Assembly (NCBI GenBank): GCA_030704615.1
Contig: CM060731.1
Span: 39,990,001-40,054,000 of the forward strand
Length of the DNA: 64,000 nucleotides
Reading direction: 5' to 3'
Source: Takakia lepidozioides
Taxonomy: Eukaryota; Plantae; Bryophyta
In this document: piece by piece, positions 26,565-37,699 of the stretch
Layout: each line of letters starts with the position of its first letter
How positions within the stretch are numbered: the first letter of the stretch is position 1
Notes under the pieces: generated by a model
What the model was told of the DNA's origin: nothing
The model's input: the letters and a program-made list of their open reading frames with translations, nothing else
Databases searched by the model: none
Made by a program: the position numbers and the translations under genes

Positions 26565-27238
26565 AACACTGCGTGTTATGTTCATCCCAAAATCCCCAAA
26601 TAGATACATGGCCACACTTACTTCTCCACTACAACCACCCCATAATACATGGGTTGCGGGTAACCAGACATAACCAAGGGGTTAGACAACTCCACAAAAT
26701 TCTCACTTTACATCCAAAATCCAGATGGTTTAACCTCATCAATGCAGGCACATTCCAAGGTCGCCCACCGGACCACACCATACCCCCATGGCTGTTACCG
26801 TGTATATGCTCCCAAGGACACCCGTGCCTTTGTCTAGCAAGACTATGCCCAGATATTTTGCTAGTCTAGGGACTTCCTATACAGGCATTGCCACCGACAG
26901 AACCGCTTCCATCTCTCAAAATACATTTTTTGGAATTTGCATTCTGCCATGATCGAAATCTAGATCAATCAATTATGTACAAACATGAAAAATATGACCC
27001 AATCATACATGCCCTCCGTCACAGAGGCTGGAACACGGCACCTCTGACCGTCATCACTGCGGGTGTCAGGGGCGGTGCTCATACCCATAATATCCAAGGT
27101 TTGAAAGAGAATCTTAACCTACCACCCAAATACACTACACCTCTACTACGAGCCTTGCATTTCACGGCTATTTCATCACTCACATCCCTAATCCTCAATA
27201 AACGTAAGATTGAAAGTGGCCAGCTAGCCACTGTGTGA
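26565..27238 (+). pseudogene. CCHC-like Zn finger plus restriction-like endonuclease (RLE) of the LINE
   Basis: CVLC..DTWPHLL; RHNQGV; RLCPDILLV..HFLEFAFCHD..KHEKY..L..RGW..AGVRG: the RH(N/D)..PD..E..K..KY arrangement of R2-type RLEs. Confidence 0.85.
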
Positions 27239-27256
27239 CAAGTTACGGTTCGGATA

Positions 27257-27329
27257 GAGCCCACCCCTGAAAGGGGGCAGTACCCGCAAGGGGAAGAGGC
27301 TCTTATTTATGCTAGCTTTGGTTGGCGTC
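27257..27329 (+). other. Structured 3' UTR RNA element of the LINE
   Basis: Two hairpins (CCCC-TGAAA-GGGG; CAGTA-CCC-GCAA-GGG-GAAG) closed by GAGCC/GGCTC, then a terminal hairpin before the (TA)n tail. Conserved with compensatory changes at 31459-31530 (-). Confidence 0.8.
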
Positions 27330-27357
27330 ATATATATATATATATATATTGCTAAAA

Positions 27358-29251
27358 ACATATATAAATCAGCTGTTTTAGAAGAAGCCAAACTACTGCG
27401 CTTTTTAGAATGAATGTACTCAAATGTACTCCAATTTCTTTCACATGAAGATGCTAAAGTAATTTGAGCAAGAACTCTAATAGCAATCTTCTAAAGCTAT
27501 GGAGTTTCAGCCCCATAAGACTCCCACCAAATATGACCTACAACTTCTTTGGCGACCAATGATGCAACGGGATCAGAAAACAATCCTTCCATGTTAGGAA
27601 ATGTAGATAGTTGCTTCTCCACTAGAACCTGACTTTGAGCATCAGGATAGAATTTGTCCCGGATTATACGAAACCCTTTCATAACCTCCTTGTCTCCCGC
27701 TTGACCCTTTCCTCTCCACTCGGGGTTGAAAACAAATCCGGCACAATGCAGTGGACTGTGGATAAATAACCATCTGTCCTGCAAAATGTCCACAATTTGT
27801 TCTTTCTTCTCTGTTGAAAGCCCTGATAAGCTATGCATTTTTTCAATGAGCTGATCCATTTTCTCATAAAATTTTCCCATTGTTGGCATGCTAGAATCAA
27901 CCATGCGCAACAAGGTGAAGATGAGCTCTGAAATCTCAACAATGAGCTCCAAGTTCTTCCAAAATCTAGGAGCCAGTAGGTTATCAGCAATTGTTTCCCC
28001 CTCCGAGCTGCGTGATTGGTCCCAATTGTGCCATTCCTTGCTAGCAATCATTTGTTGAAGTGGTGTTTTCACCTTCAACAATTGTTCAAGCATGATGAAA
28101 GATGTCCCAAATCGTGTCTCTCCCGGTTTGAGGAGCTTCAGTCTTTTGTCTCTCAAAGAATAATCCCGAAAAAGAGCTTGACTGTGATGATGATTTGTGA
28201 TAAACTTCACCACAGACTTTCTTTCTTTGACAAATGAGGAAACCCACTCTAAGTTGTCAATGTCCTCGAGACACAAATCAAGGCAATGTGCAGTACATCC
28301 TGAAAATGTAACGTGAGGGTACTTCTCTTCTATGAGTCTCCCGGCTCTCTTGCAGACAGCTGCATTGTCTATGACAACCTAAAAAACATTTTGAGACCCT
28401 ATCTCATCTATGACATCTATTTGTTGTGAGATGTACTCACTTGTTTTTTCTTGTCCACTCGTATCAATAGTCTTCTTGAAAAACTCTCATTTGGGTGATA
28501 CACACAGTACTTAAGTAGAGGTCTATTGGTGGTATTAGACCACCCATCACAAGTCAATGTGCATCCGGTTTGTTCCAAGACTCTATGATAGGCTGTAAGT
28601 CTTTGTTCAACTCTTTTTTGATATCCTGCAACAAAGTGGTGCGCAATTGCTTTGAACCAGGTGCTTTATAACCTACCTCATAGTTCGAAATGGCTGATAT
28701 CATACTCTGAAAATATGGGGTCTTTGCATAGTTGAAAGGAACCCCACATGAGTAAAAGAAACGTGCAACAGCTTGGTCTACATCTTGTTTTCGCATCTTT
28801 GCAGATTGCCAAGATGCAGCCAATGTAGGTTGTGAAGCACTCAATGATTTCTTATTTGACAGGGAGGCTCTCTCCTCTGCTTTTCTCTTGGTAGTTGCTC
28901 TCTCTAGGTTCATTTTGTCCACAACTACCCTCACAGGTGCTAAAATCTCCTCACTGACACTTGTGCACACTTCAATGTTCTTTCCTCCAAAATAATGCTT
29001 TCTAACACGACCAACAGACCCTGCCTTGAATTCTTTTCCACAATGTTTGCACTTGACTTCCCAGCATTTTCCATGTTGGACTGGAGCATTGATACAATCA
29101 ACCAATGACATTTTGGTGCTCTCTTCCTAAAAGAGGATGCAACATTGTTGTCCGAACTGTGCAAGTGTTTAGAAAAGACATGCTTTCCTGACAAGTGGGA
29201 CTGAGCTGAATGTTGCTTGCTGCCACCCAATAATGATTCCACGTCACTCAA
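27358..29251 (-). pseudogene. hAT transposase (BED zinc finger, DUF659, dimerisation domain); last codons lie at ~13098-13183
   Basis: VKCKHCGKEF..RVRKH (BED); VARFFYSCGVPFN..PYF..M; LKPGETRFGT; HSPLHCAG..NP; WWESYG..P.L..IAIRVL..ASSCERNWSTF..IHSKKR..DL.YVFSN, continuing as NIRLR on the far side of the LINE. Confidence 0.93.
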
Positions 29252-31442
29252 CAGCTACCTCGCTTGTGTTTTTCCTCACCCATCAGCATGAATCTGCCTC
29301 CCGCAACGCGCGCTCTCTCGTCGTAGGCTGAGTAGTTGTCTAATTTCAAAAGAATCTGCTCTAGCAGGGCTCTAGGGTTTGTTACCCGATTTTTCATCCA
29401 TTCAAATTTTGGATGAAAAACTTATCATCCACCCCTAAACGTTTTCCTTACGTTTCTATTTTTTTATACCAGGAACGTCAGAAACGACGTTCTCCTAAGT
29501 CTCTTAGGACGTTCACGGTGACAGGGGAGAAATCACCCATGGAATGAGAAGATCGTCAAACAACTGGCAGTTGGAAATGGACTGGGACAATGCTTGCATA
29601 TAAGGGATGCAAGGTTTTAGATAGATCTGAGAAGATCTTTGATTACCACTCCACTTGTACGACATTCTCCTTTTCCTTGGCTTGTTTCTCTCAAATGAGA
29701 TGCACATCGCCTCCGAAAGTTAGCAAGTTCCGAATCTGGAGTCCAGATACGAGATAAGGCGTGCGCTCACTGAAGTGGATTCTCACTAGGTAACAAGTAG
29801 GAAGAAACAGCATACAAGGGAGATACAAGGGAACCAAAAGTTACCGACTGACAACTCACTGGGGACGTCTTATGTTGAATTTTGTATTTTTGGATTCACT
29901 AATATTTTGTTAGATCAAACTTCACTTCACAGATTGATACAAGAAGAATAAGAAATCATCGATGATTGGAGTCTCTCATGTTTGAGAAATTGGCAAGTAC
30001 GGTCTTGAAATGGGCTTGAATTATGGAGGAATTATGAAGGTATTGCTATCATGTAACTGAGGAGGAGTACTATTGCATTGTTGAGTGTTGTTTCATTATT
30101 TGCATTTCGTAGTTGGTCCCCGCTTGAGTGGTTTTGGTTCTGGGTGCAAATCCGGGCTATTACCACATCGGGTCAATGTTTGTATTTTTCATGGTCTGTT
30201 TCAGGGTAGTGGTCAATTCGCTTGGCAATGTTTGCTCCTTGGGGCCAGGTCGACAATTCTTATTCTTCCCTACGCCCACAATGTTGGTGGTTATCATTTT
30301 TGTTTCTTCATCGACTTCCGGTTTTCCAGGTTTTGGCTGAATTGTCGTCTTCTCTCTTGTATCGTTTGGGCTCACCCATAGGGTGTTCTCTGCCTTGCGG
30401 CTTGCAATGAAAGGAAGAAATAATTATATATATCATAGACCACAACAGGCTTCGTAGCAAATAAGTTACAAATAAAGATTACACATTGTTAGCTGCTGTC
30501 TACAACAAGATTCTCTAGATACTTGGCCGGTTGATGTAGCTAGCTTACTCTCCAAGAATCTCAGATTCATTCACGAACGCACTTCACCTACCTAAAGATA
30601 TTTGAGAGCCTGTTGAGAGACTTTTTCTCAGTTGTGAGGACACTGTCCAAGAGTTTTGTTGAACGCTGAGTGTACACTTGTTGCATAATTATAGCATTTT
30701 GATCCCGTTCGTATTACAAATTATATCCACGTAGTTGGCTGTGCAAATTAGTTTATACTCCTCGGCTAGCTCATCAAATGATCTCACGTTTTTTACAACT
30801 GATCCTAAACGCCTGACGATCAGATTCAGCAAGTCAGAGCAGATTAACTGTTACTAGTAAGTTAGATTACATGGTGGCCCGTCCTCCCTTCTTCTTTAGG
30901 AAGTAGCAACAACTGATCATACGAAAGACAGTCGCTTGATCATATGACTTGGAACACCTTTTAAGAAAATTAGACAAATGGATATGGTACAAACCAGACC
31001 TCTACCCTTATCATTCGCCCCTCGGTTCAGCGCTCCAATAATGGTACCTACTCATGGAGTCCTGAGTCATCAAGAATCTCTGGACATCTTCCTTCATCTC
31101 TTCTTTCTCTGAGAATATAATTTTTCATGCTCTATTCTAGGTCAAATACATGTGATGTAAGAGCAGATTGGGTGGTGCAGGCTATGTTGTCGGCATTCGT
31201 GCTCTTGAGCTACTTCTATGCCCACCGTGACATTTAGTTAGACCCTAATATCGCAGGGCTCCTCAAATAAGTGTCTGGCCAAAGTTTAGGAGAGAAAAAA
31301 TTCTTGAGAGTTGGGAGATAATATGCTCAATCTATCAAATATGTGTAGTAATATCTAGAGTTGTAGGCTTTACGGAACTCTTCTTTGACAATAGTGTCGT
31401 GTGTGCAGAGTAAAGCTGAGGTGTGATCACTCCCTGCTGCTA

Positions 31443-32074
31443 TCAGAGAGAGAGAGGAGACTCCGGCCGAGGCCGGCGTAACTAAGAGCCACTTCGCCTT
31501 GCGGCTACTGCCCCCTTTCGGGGGTGGGCCTTATGAGTAATGCGGGTGTCCAGGGGACACCAAGGACCTGGGGGTAGAGGTACCAAGGGGTACGCTGGTA
31601 CCTCGGAGGGGCACCCAGGGTATCCGTACATGAGGTATTGTGGAGGACTATGGGGCCGAGAGTGGGTTGGACTCGAGTTTTCACTTGTTTATATGATAGT
31701 TGTAAGAGAGCGGAGGGCAGTGAGGTGAATTGCTTTAAAGCATTTATGGGTAGGGGATATCGGGATATGTAAGTTATCGTGTAGTGCCGCTATGCTAGCA
31801 TTGTGTATTCCAGCACGAGTACCAGCCATAATAACTGAGAGGGGGCCGGTATTCCACCCCCTGCGACGTAGGGCAAGGATAAGCGCGGCATATTTTTTCC
31901 GTTTCTCTAAGATGGAGGGGTTGGGGTATCGATCATGACAATATGTGAATTCAACGAAGTTGATTTTGATATGTGTGGTTGGGGAGGTAGGTGGTTGGGT
32001 ATTGATGGGTAGGTCATGAACAAGTCATGGACTAAGAGGATGTCAAGACATAGTCTGGCAAGGTAGGTAAGATA
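31443..32074 (-). mobile_element. 5'-truncated copy (632 bp) of a related Dualen-like LINE inserted in the second CYP703 fragment
   Basis: TSD TGCTGCTA (31435-31442, 32075-32082). Encodes ARLCLDILLV..INFVEFTYCHDR..KRKKY..LRRRGWNT..AGTRAG, homologous to 26840-27220. Same 3' RNA fold, but with a (TC)n tail. Confidence 0.88.
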
Positions 32075-32154
32075 TGCTGCTACTATATCTTGCACCAAGG
32101 CCTTTACTGTTTGGTCGCTAAGGTGTTCCTTCCCATTCTCCCCTGGGAGGGTAT

Positions 32155-35100
32155 ACTTATGACACTCCTGTACGTTGATAACGGGATTGGGTGAAAAAAC
32201 AATGGGGTTGCCGTATAGGTGGGGACACTGGCTACGATGCCATGTGATGGCCAGTGGAAGGGAAACCGACAGGTTCAAGTATTGATTACCAGTCCAAGTG
32301 GTCACCTGTCCGAGAAAGAAGGGAGACGATGATCAACCCGAAGGAGAACTTAGGGATTTCGGAGGTCTGCAGAATGATGACTAGTACTGATATGTATAGA
32401 GATTATGAATACATAGCACGATGTGGAGGTAGGGTGGTCCGGAAGTGTATATGGAACTGTGGTGATCGAACTAGTTGGCAGAAAGATAAGAGATGATCTT
32501 TGGTTATTGTCAGGAACCAGAAACGGTGATACCATCTGTGTGCATAGAGAATTGTAAATGTGTTAATAGACTTCTACTGAACGAGTCATATTGGTGCGGA
32601 TCTGAACTGGACTTTGTCACGATCTGAAGGGAGACTGTTTTAATGTGAATGTGGTTTCATTAAGAGCCATGTTAGGTTAAGAGATAGGGGCAGGAACGAG
32701 TTCAGCTACAATACATGAGTCGCCTATCATTTGGGTCAGAGAGCATCGTGCAATCAAGCTCTTATGGAAGTTCTACGATGGAACGTTCGGACGCGGGTAA
32801 TCCTCAACGTCAAGAAAATCAGTTGAATCAACCCTTCTCAAATGCATAGATGGAGGCGTTCTGATTCGTTCGGAAGTCCAAAAGTTGGCAGCAGCAAAAG
32901 AACGATCCACTACAAAGAAAACGAGAGGGACCTCGCTTGATGAATCACAAGCCGAATCCCAATCTAATGCGAGATCCATGTAATTTAAGACAAAAAGGAG
33001 CAAGGATGTGACTCGCGAAATCAAGCGAATGGTGAAACTGCCTGAGTTCGTGGGTAAGACTTATGTCAAACCAGAAGAGATTATGTCGTTCCTAGAAACA
33101 CTCGAAGAATTCTTTGAAGAAGCTTACCCTGAGGCTAAAATTAGAACGACGACCCTTCAACTCCGAGATGCAGCAAAATTGTGGTGGTTTCGTCAGAAAA
33201 AAGAACACCGTGAACATGGCAAACCATCGTTCTTGGCTCACTACCTCCCTGAGGATTACGGTCATAAGATGAAATTTGAACTCTTCACACTGAAACAGGA
33301 AAATTCAAGTGTGGTTGAGTTCAAGACCAAATTTAAAATGCATGCCAGCTATTTTCCAACTCTAAGTGAGGATGACAAGGTGGATTTTTTCGTGGATGGC
33401 TTGAATGACTCTTTGAAATACAAGGTCAAAGCCCACAATCTCCGCACTAAGATTGAGGCCTATAGATTGGCTTGCAATTTCGAATGTAGGTTAAGGCACA
33501 GCGAGTGGCATACTCGGCTCGTGCAGGGGAGAATAAGAAGGGGACACATTATCTCCCAAGATCACCCCAGCAAAGAAGGGAAATTGGAAGAGGTACTTCA
33601 AACCCTACAAGAAGAACCGTGACAGTGCTCAGGGAAGCCAAAGAACAATTGTTGGTAATCCACCGCGCCTAAGTCCCAGGGAACAAGAAGAACATCTCAG
33701 GAGGGGCTCTGCTTCAATTGTCATAAACCCGGCCATCGATCAGCAGATTGTCCTGAACGTCGATTCCGTCAGACTACAGCCTTGGTGATGGAAGAACCAG
33801 TGGAGCCTGTAACTATTGCAAATCTCGGAAATTGTTCAGGATTTGCCACTGGAAAAGGTCCCAACATGAGGGTGTCGGCTGCAGTTGCCAATAAGCTACA
33901 TAGGCTTGGGCTTGAAGACAACAAGGGCAAGCACTTGGAGAGCATTAGGAAGCTCAAGAGGTTTGAAGGGGAGCATGTGAAGAAGTCTTCCAATCATGAT
34001 GATGTGAAACCAAGCCTAGAGCATTGAAGAGCCTGGAGCACATGTGGGAGATCATTGGAGGTGGTCTTCATGAAGAAAAAAGATTGTGGCTCAAGGCATG
34101 CATAGCAACTTCAACCATATATTAGCATGTGACAAGACAAAGAAGGGGAAGGTGAAGCTCACGTATTCATTCCCTTTTGGCTTAAGTTTTGTGGTGGATG
34201 GTTGATCAAGCAAGTGATGCTTACGTGGAGATGGTGGAGTGGCCTACAATCATAATGTTATTCGGGTTGAAGGACAGGTGGCGGGGAAACCAACAATGTT
34301 ATTGATTGACACTGGCAACACCTGGCACAATATGCTGTCAAAATCCTTTGCAGACAAGTTGGAATTATCTCAGGAGGAGGTGCAGCCATCTCAGATTATG
34401 TTGCCAAATGGTAGGGTGGAGACCACACAGCAACATCTTTCAGAGCTATGCCAGTTGTGATGCAAAGGGTACACACGAAGGCAGATTTTGAAGTTTGGAA
34501 TGGCGCCTGCTATGACTGCACGCCCGAGGCTGACAGCCCGAAAATCGTGGAATGCCCTCATTCTCTCGCATTGCAACCCCGATGACTAATATACTAAAGA
34601 ACTCTACTCCTAAAGATTGGAATGAAGCTTGGACTCTAGATTGTGATGTTAGCTTTAATAAGCTAAAGGTTGCATTGACACATGCTCCAGTCTTCAAACT
34701 GATTGATCCTACCATGAATGAGATAGTGCTTTGCACTGATGCGAGTGACCTCGCTATTGGAGCAGTATTAATGCAAAGTGGTCAGGTTATTGCCTATGAG
34801 TCCAGAAAGCTCAATCCAACTGAATAGAATTATCCTGAACTCATGAAAAGAACTTTTAGCTATAATTCACGCACTGAAGATATGGAGGCATTACTTGCTT
34901 CCTGTGGACTTTACAATTGAAACGGATCATGAGAATTTAAAATATCTCAGTACACAACCCAATTTGAGCCATCGTCAGATTCGATGGGTTTGAATTCCTT
35001 TAGCAGTTTCATTATGATATGCGGTATGTGAAGGGAAAAAAGAATGTACCGGCAGATGCGCTCTCTAAACGGCTGATGGTCAATGTTGTGTCACTTGTGA

Positions 35101-36353
35101 GAAGCTCTATGATTGATGATTTGAAAAGTCACTATGCTGATGATGTGTTTTTCAAAACACCTTATGAAAGCCTCTCCCATGACCGTCGGATCTATGGACG
35201 GGTCTGTTTGACTCCAGCTTCTCTTTCCACACCATTGTCTAAGGTCCAATCTGTCAATGACATGGTCCATGAAATGCACTCGGTACTGGATTTGGTAAAG
35301 AGAAGCATGAAAAGTGCTTAAGAAAGAGCCAAGTTCTATGCTGACAAGCACAAAAGCTTTTGTGAATTTGAGGTAGGTGACAAAGTCTTCTTGAAAGTTG
35401 CTCCCAAAAGAAGCCGGTTGAAATTGGGCAAGTGCCCAAAGCTGTCCCCAAAATTCTAGTGTGGACCTTTTGTGAACTTAAAGCGTTATGGATCTGTGGC
35501 ATATCAGCTGGATTTGCCAGCTACTTGGAAAATCCACGACGTCTTCATGTCAGCCTCCTAAGGAAATACATGGCAGACCCCAGTCACGTTCTACTTGAAC
35601 TTCCCAAGGTTATAGAATAAGGTCACTTGTTGGCTGAACCTGAATCATTTCTGGAGACAAGAACGAAACACCTTCGAAATCGTTCATATCGTGAACACCT
35701 CGTCAAATGGTATCACTATCCAGAATCTGAAGCTACTTGGGAAAAGGAGAGTGACCTGTAGTTGGATTTTTCCCATTTCTCTATCATTGCGGACAATGAT
35801 CGATCTTCTTAGTGGGGGAGTTTGTTATGACACTCCTATACATTGATAACGGGATTGGGTGAAAGGGCAATGGGGTTGTCGTTGAATGACAGGTGGGGAC
35901 ACTGGCTACTACCATGTGATGGCCAGTGGAAGGGAAACCAACAGGTTCAAGTATTGATTACCAATCCAAGTGGTCACATGTCCGAGAAAGAAGGGAGACA
36001 ATGATCAACTAGGAGGAGAACTTAGGGATTTCGGAGGTCTGCAGAATGGATGACGAGTACTGATATGTATAGAGATTATGAATACATAGCATGATGTTGA
36101 GGTAGGGTGGTCCAGAAGTGTATCCAAAACTGTGGTGGTTGAATTGGTTGGCATAATTGGTTGGCAGAAAGATAAGAGATGATCTTTGGTTATTGTCAGG
36201 AACCCGAAACGGTGATACCATCTGTGTGCATAGAAAATTGTAAATGTGTGAATAGACTTCTACTGAACGAGTCATACTGGTGCGGATCTGAACTGGACTT
36301 TGTCACAATCTGAAGGGAGACTTTTTTCATGTGAATGTGGTTTCATTAAGAGC
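32155..36353 (+). mobile_element. Ty3/Gypsy chromovirus LTR retrotransposon, internally deleted (RT and integrase cores missing)
   Basis: LTRs ~32155-32729 and 35823-36353 (3' LTR truncated); PBS-like TTTGGGTCAGAGAGC at 32730; PPT AGTGGGGGAG at 35811; Gag (33008..33622); CFNCHKPGHRSADC knuckle; protease LIDTG; RNase H TDAS..IGAVLMQ..AYESRKL..NVPADALS; chromodomain HLVKWYHYPESEATWE. Confidence 0.92.
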
Positions 36354-37699
36354 AAAGTTGAAGATACTGGTTGGAACCGAGAAAGAAGATAGAGTTGTTT
36401 TAGAGGGATAATAAGATGTCCACAAAATCGGTTGGAGTGTCAGGCTCCCTAACATATCTTTAAGAATAGAGCAATACTACTATGAGTCCCATCTACCATA
36501 TTTGTTTTCTCTAGGGAATGCAAAAAATCCATAACACATTTTCTTATGGACTGTGAAACCGTCGTATGCTACGACAAATCAACCTCTAAGAAGATCTTCT
36601 AGACTCTTCACAAATTGTACTACAAGGCTAAGCCTAAGAAGAATTTTAATTTGGGGCAGAGTGGAGGAGGGATGGCTGGTCTAGGGAATGGAGGAGAGAT
36701 TGTTGGTGCAGGGAGTGGATGAAAGATTGTTGGTGCGGGGAGTGGAGGAGGTCTTTTCATATGCGACATTTGTAACCATTGAATAGTAAGTATCTCATAT
36801 GATTTAGATGAAGTGTCCAACCAGAAAAATAAAATAAAATCGGAGATTGTGTTATTGGGCATTTCCTAAGGCACCACACGGGCACCATCAACTCCATCGA
36901 GGCCCAAGACCCCCCACCACCAATACCCCTTAATGCATACAACTTTAGCATAAATCAATGACACACCAAACTTTTGCCAAAAGTTACAAGACTTATATTG
37001 TAGAGAAATTTGTCAAGCTTAATGTGCAGAATGTTGGAAGGAGGTACGCTTGTGATTGAAAAATTGCCAAACTACTAATGTAACATGTTTTTAGATCTCA
37101 AAGGGACAAGTTGTAGATTATTTTTCAAAATTTTATTTTTGGAAATCCCAAGATTTTGGGAAGCCATAGCGAGGGAGCTTGTACTTTAGATTTCAGTTTG
37201 AAAATAAGGTTATATGCTAGGTTGGATCATGGTTTAGAACAATTTATTATGATTCCTCAAAAAATATTTGAGATTTTTGAGTGGGATTAAAGGTCAAATA
37301 TAATTTTTTCAGATGACTCTTCTATACTATTTAGATAATTATCAGTCCAACTCATACATAAATTCCACATAAGTCTTTGAAGCTAATAATTGTGACAATA
37401 ATCTTTTAAATAATTAAAACTGACATCACAAAGGGAACCTTTACCGCTTTTATGACAAACCAAGCTCTATTGCACATGCAGCACCAGGACCCAATGTGAA
37501 AGTAACCAGGATTTGAACCCAAACCCACTTAAGTGGCGTGGGGACCAACTTGCTGAAAATGCAAATGAGGTTTTGAATAGAAGAATAGGTCGAGAGTCAC
37601 ATGCATTATTGAAACCATAGAAGTCGATATTGCTTCATTATCCATAGAAAGTCCGAAAATTTATGGGTCATTTCGATTGTCCAGATCCACTGGTAGAGG

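Larger units (their letters stand above)
13184..27348 (+). mobile_element. 14.2-kb non-LTR retrotransposon with dual endonucleases (APE + RLE), Dualen/RandI-like; degenerate
   Basis: TSD TTGCTAAAA (13175-13183, 27349-27357); (TA)n tail 27330-27348; collinear APE, RT, RNase H, Zn finger and PD-(D/E)xK-type endonuclease fragments on a CA-rich strand. Confidence 0.88.
12929..29526 (-). mobile_element. hAT DNA transposon interrupted by the LINE; left TIR appears partly deleted
   Basis: 8-bp TSD GAGAAATC (12921-12928, 29527-29534) that interrupts foldback homology exactly; CCC..GGG ends; subterminal GGAAAACG/CGTTTTCC motifs; internal hAT transposase. Confidence 0.82.
8254..32151. repeat. Large inverted duplication (foldback). 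Left arm ~8254-11827; right arm 12148-12928 plus 29527-32151; spacer 11828-12147
   Basis: Reverse-complement matches: 11570-11827 vs 12148-12410; 11290-11470 vs 12740-12928; 10440-11300 vs 29527-30340; 8340-8708 vs 31075-31442; 8254-8330 vs 32075-32151. Identity is roughly 85-90% by eye. Confidence 0.92.

Noticed and set aside
27257-27329. 3' structure as a hammerhead/HDV ribozyme, group II intron domain V, or rRNA fragment
   Set aside because: It lacks the CUGANGA/GAAA core, HDV pseudoknot and domain V pattern. The resemblance to LSU rRNA is limited to the short AGUA..GNRA..GAA motif.
36620-36862. Proline-rich ORF as an extensin-like gene
   Set aside because: It arises from a short 27-bp degenerate repeat and has no gene context.
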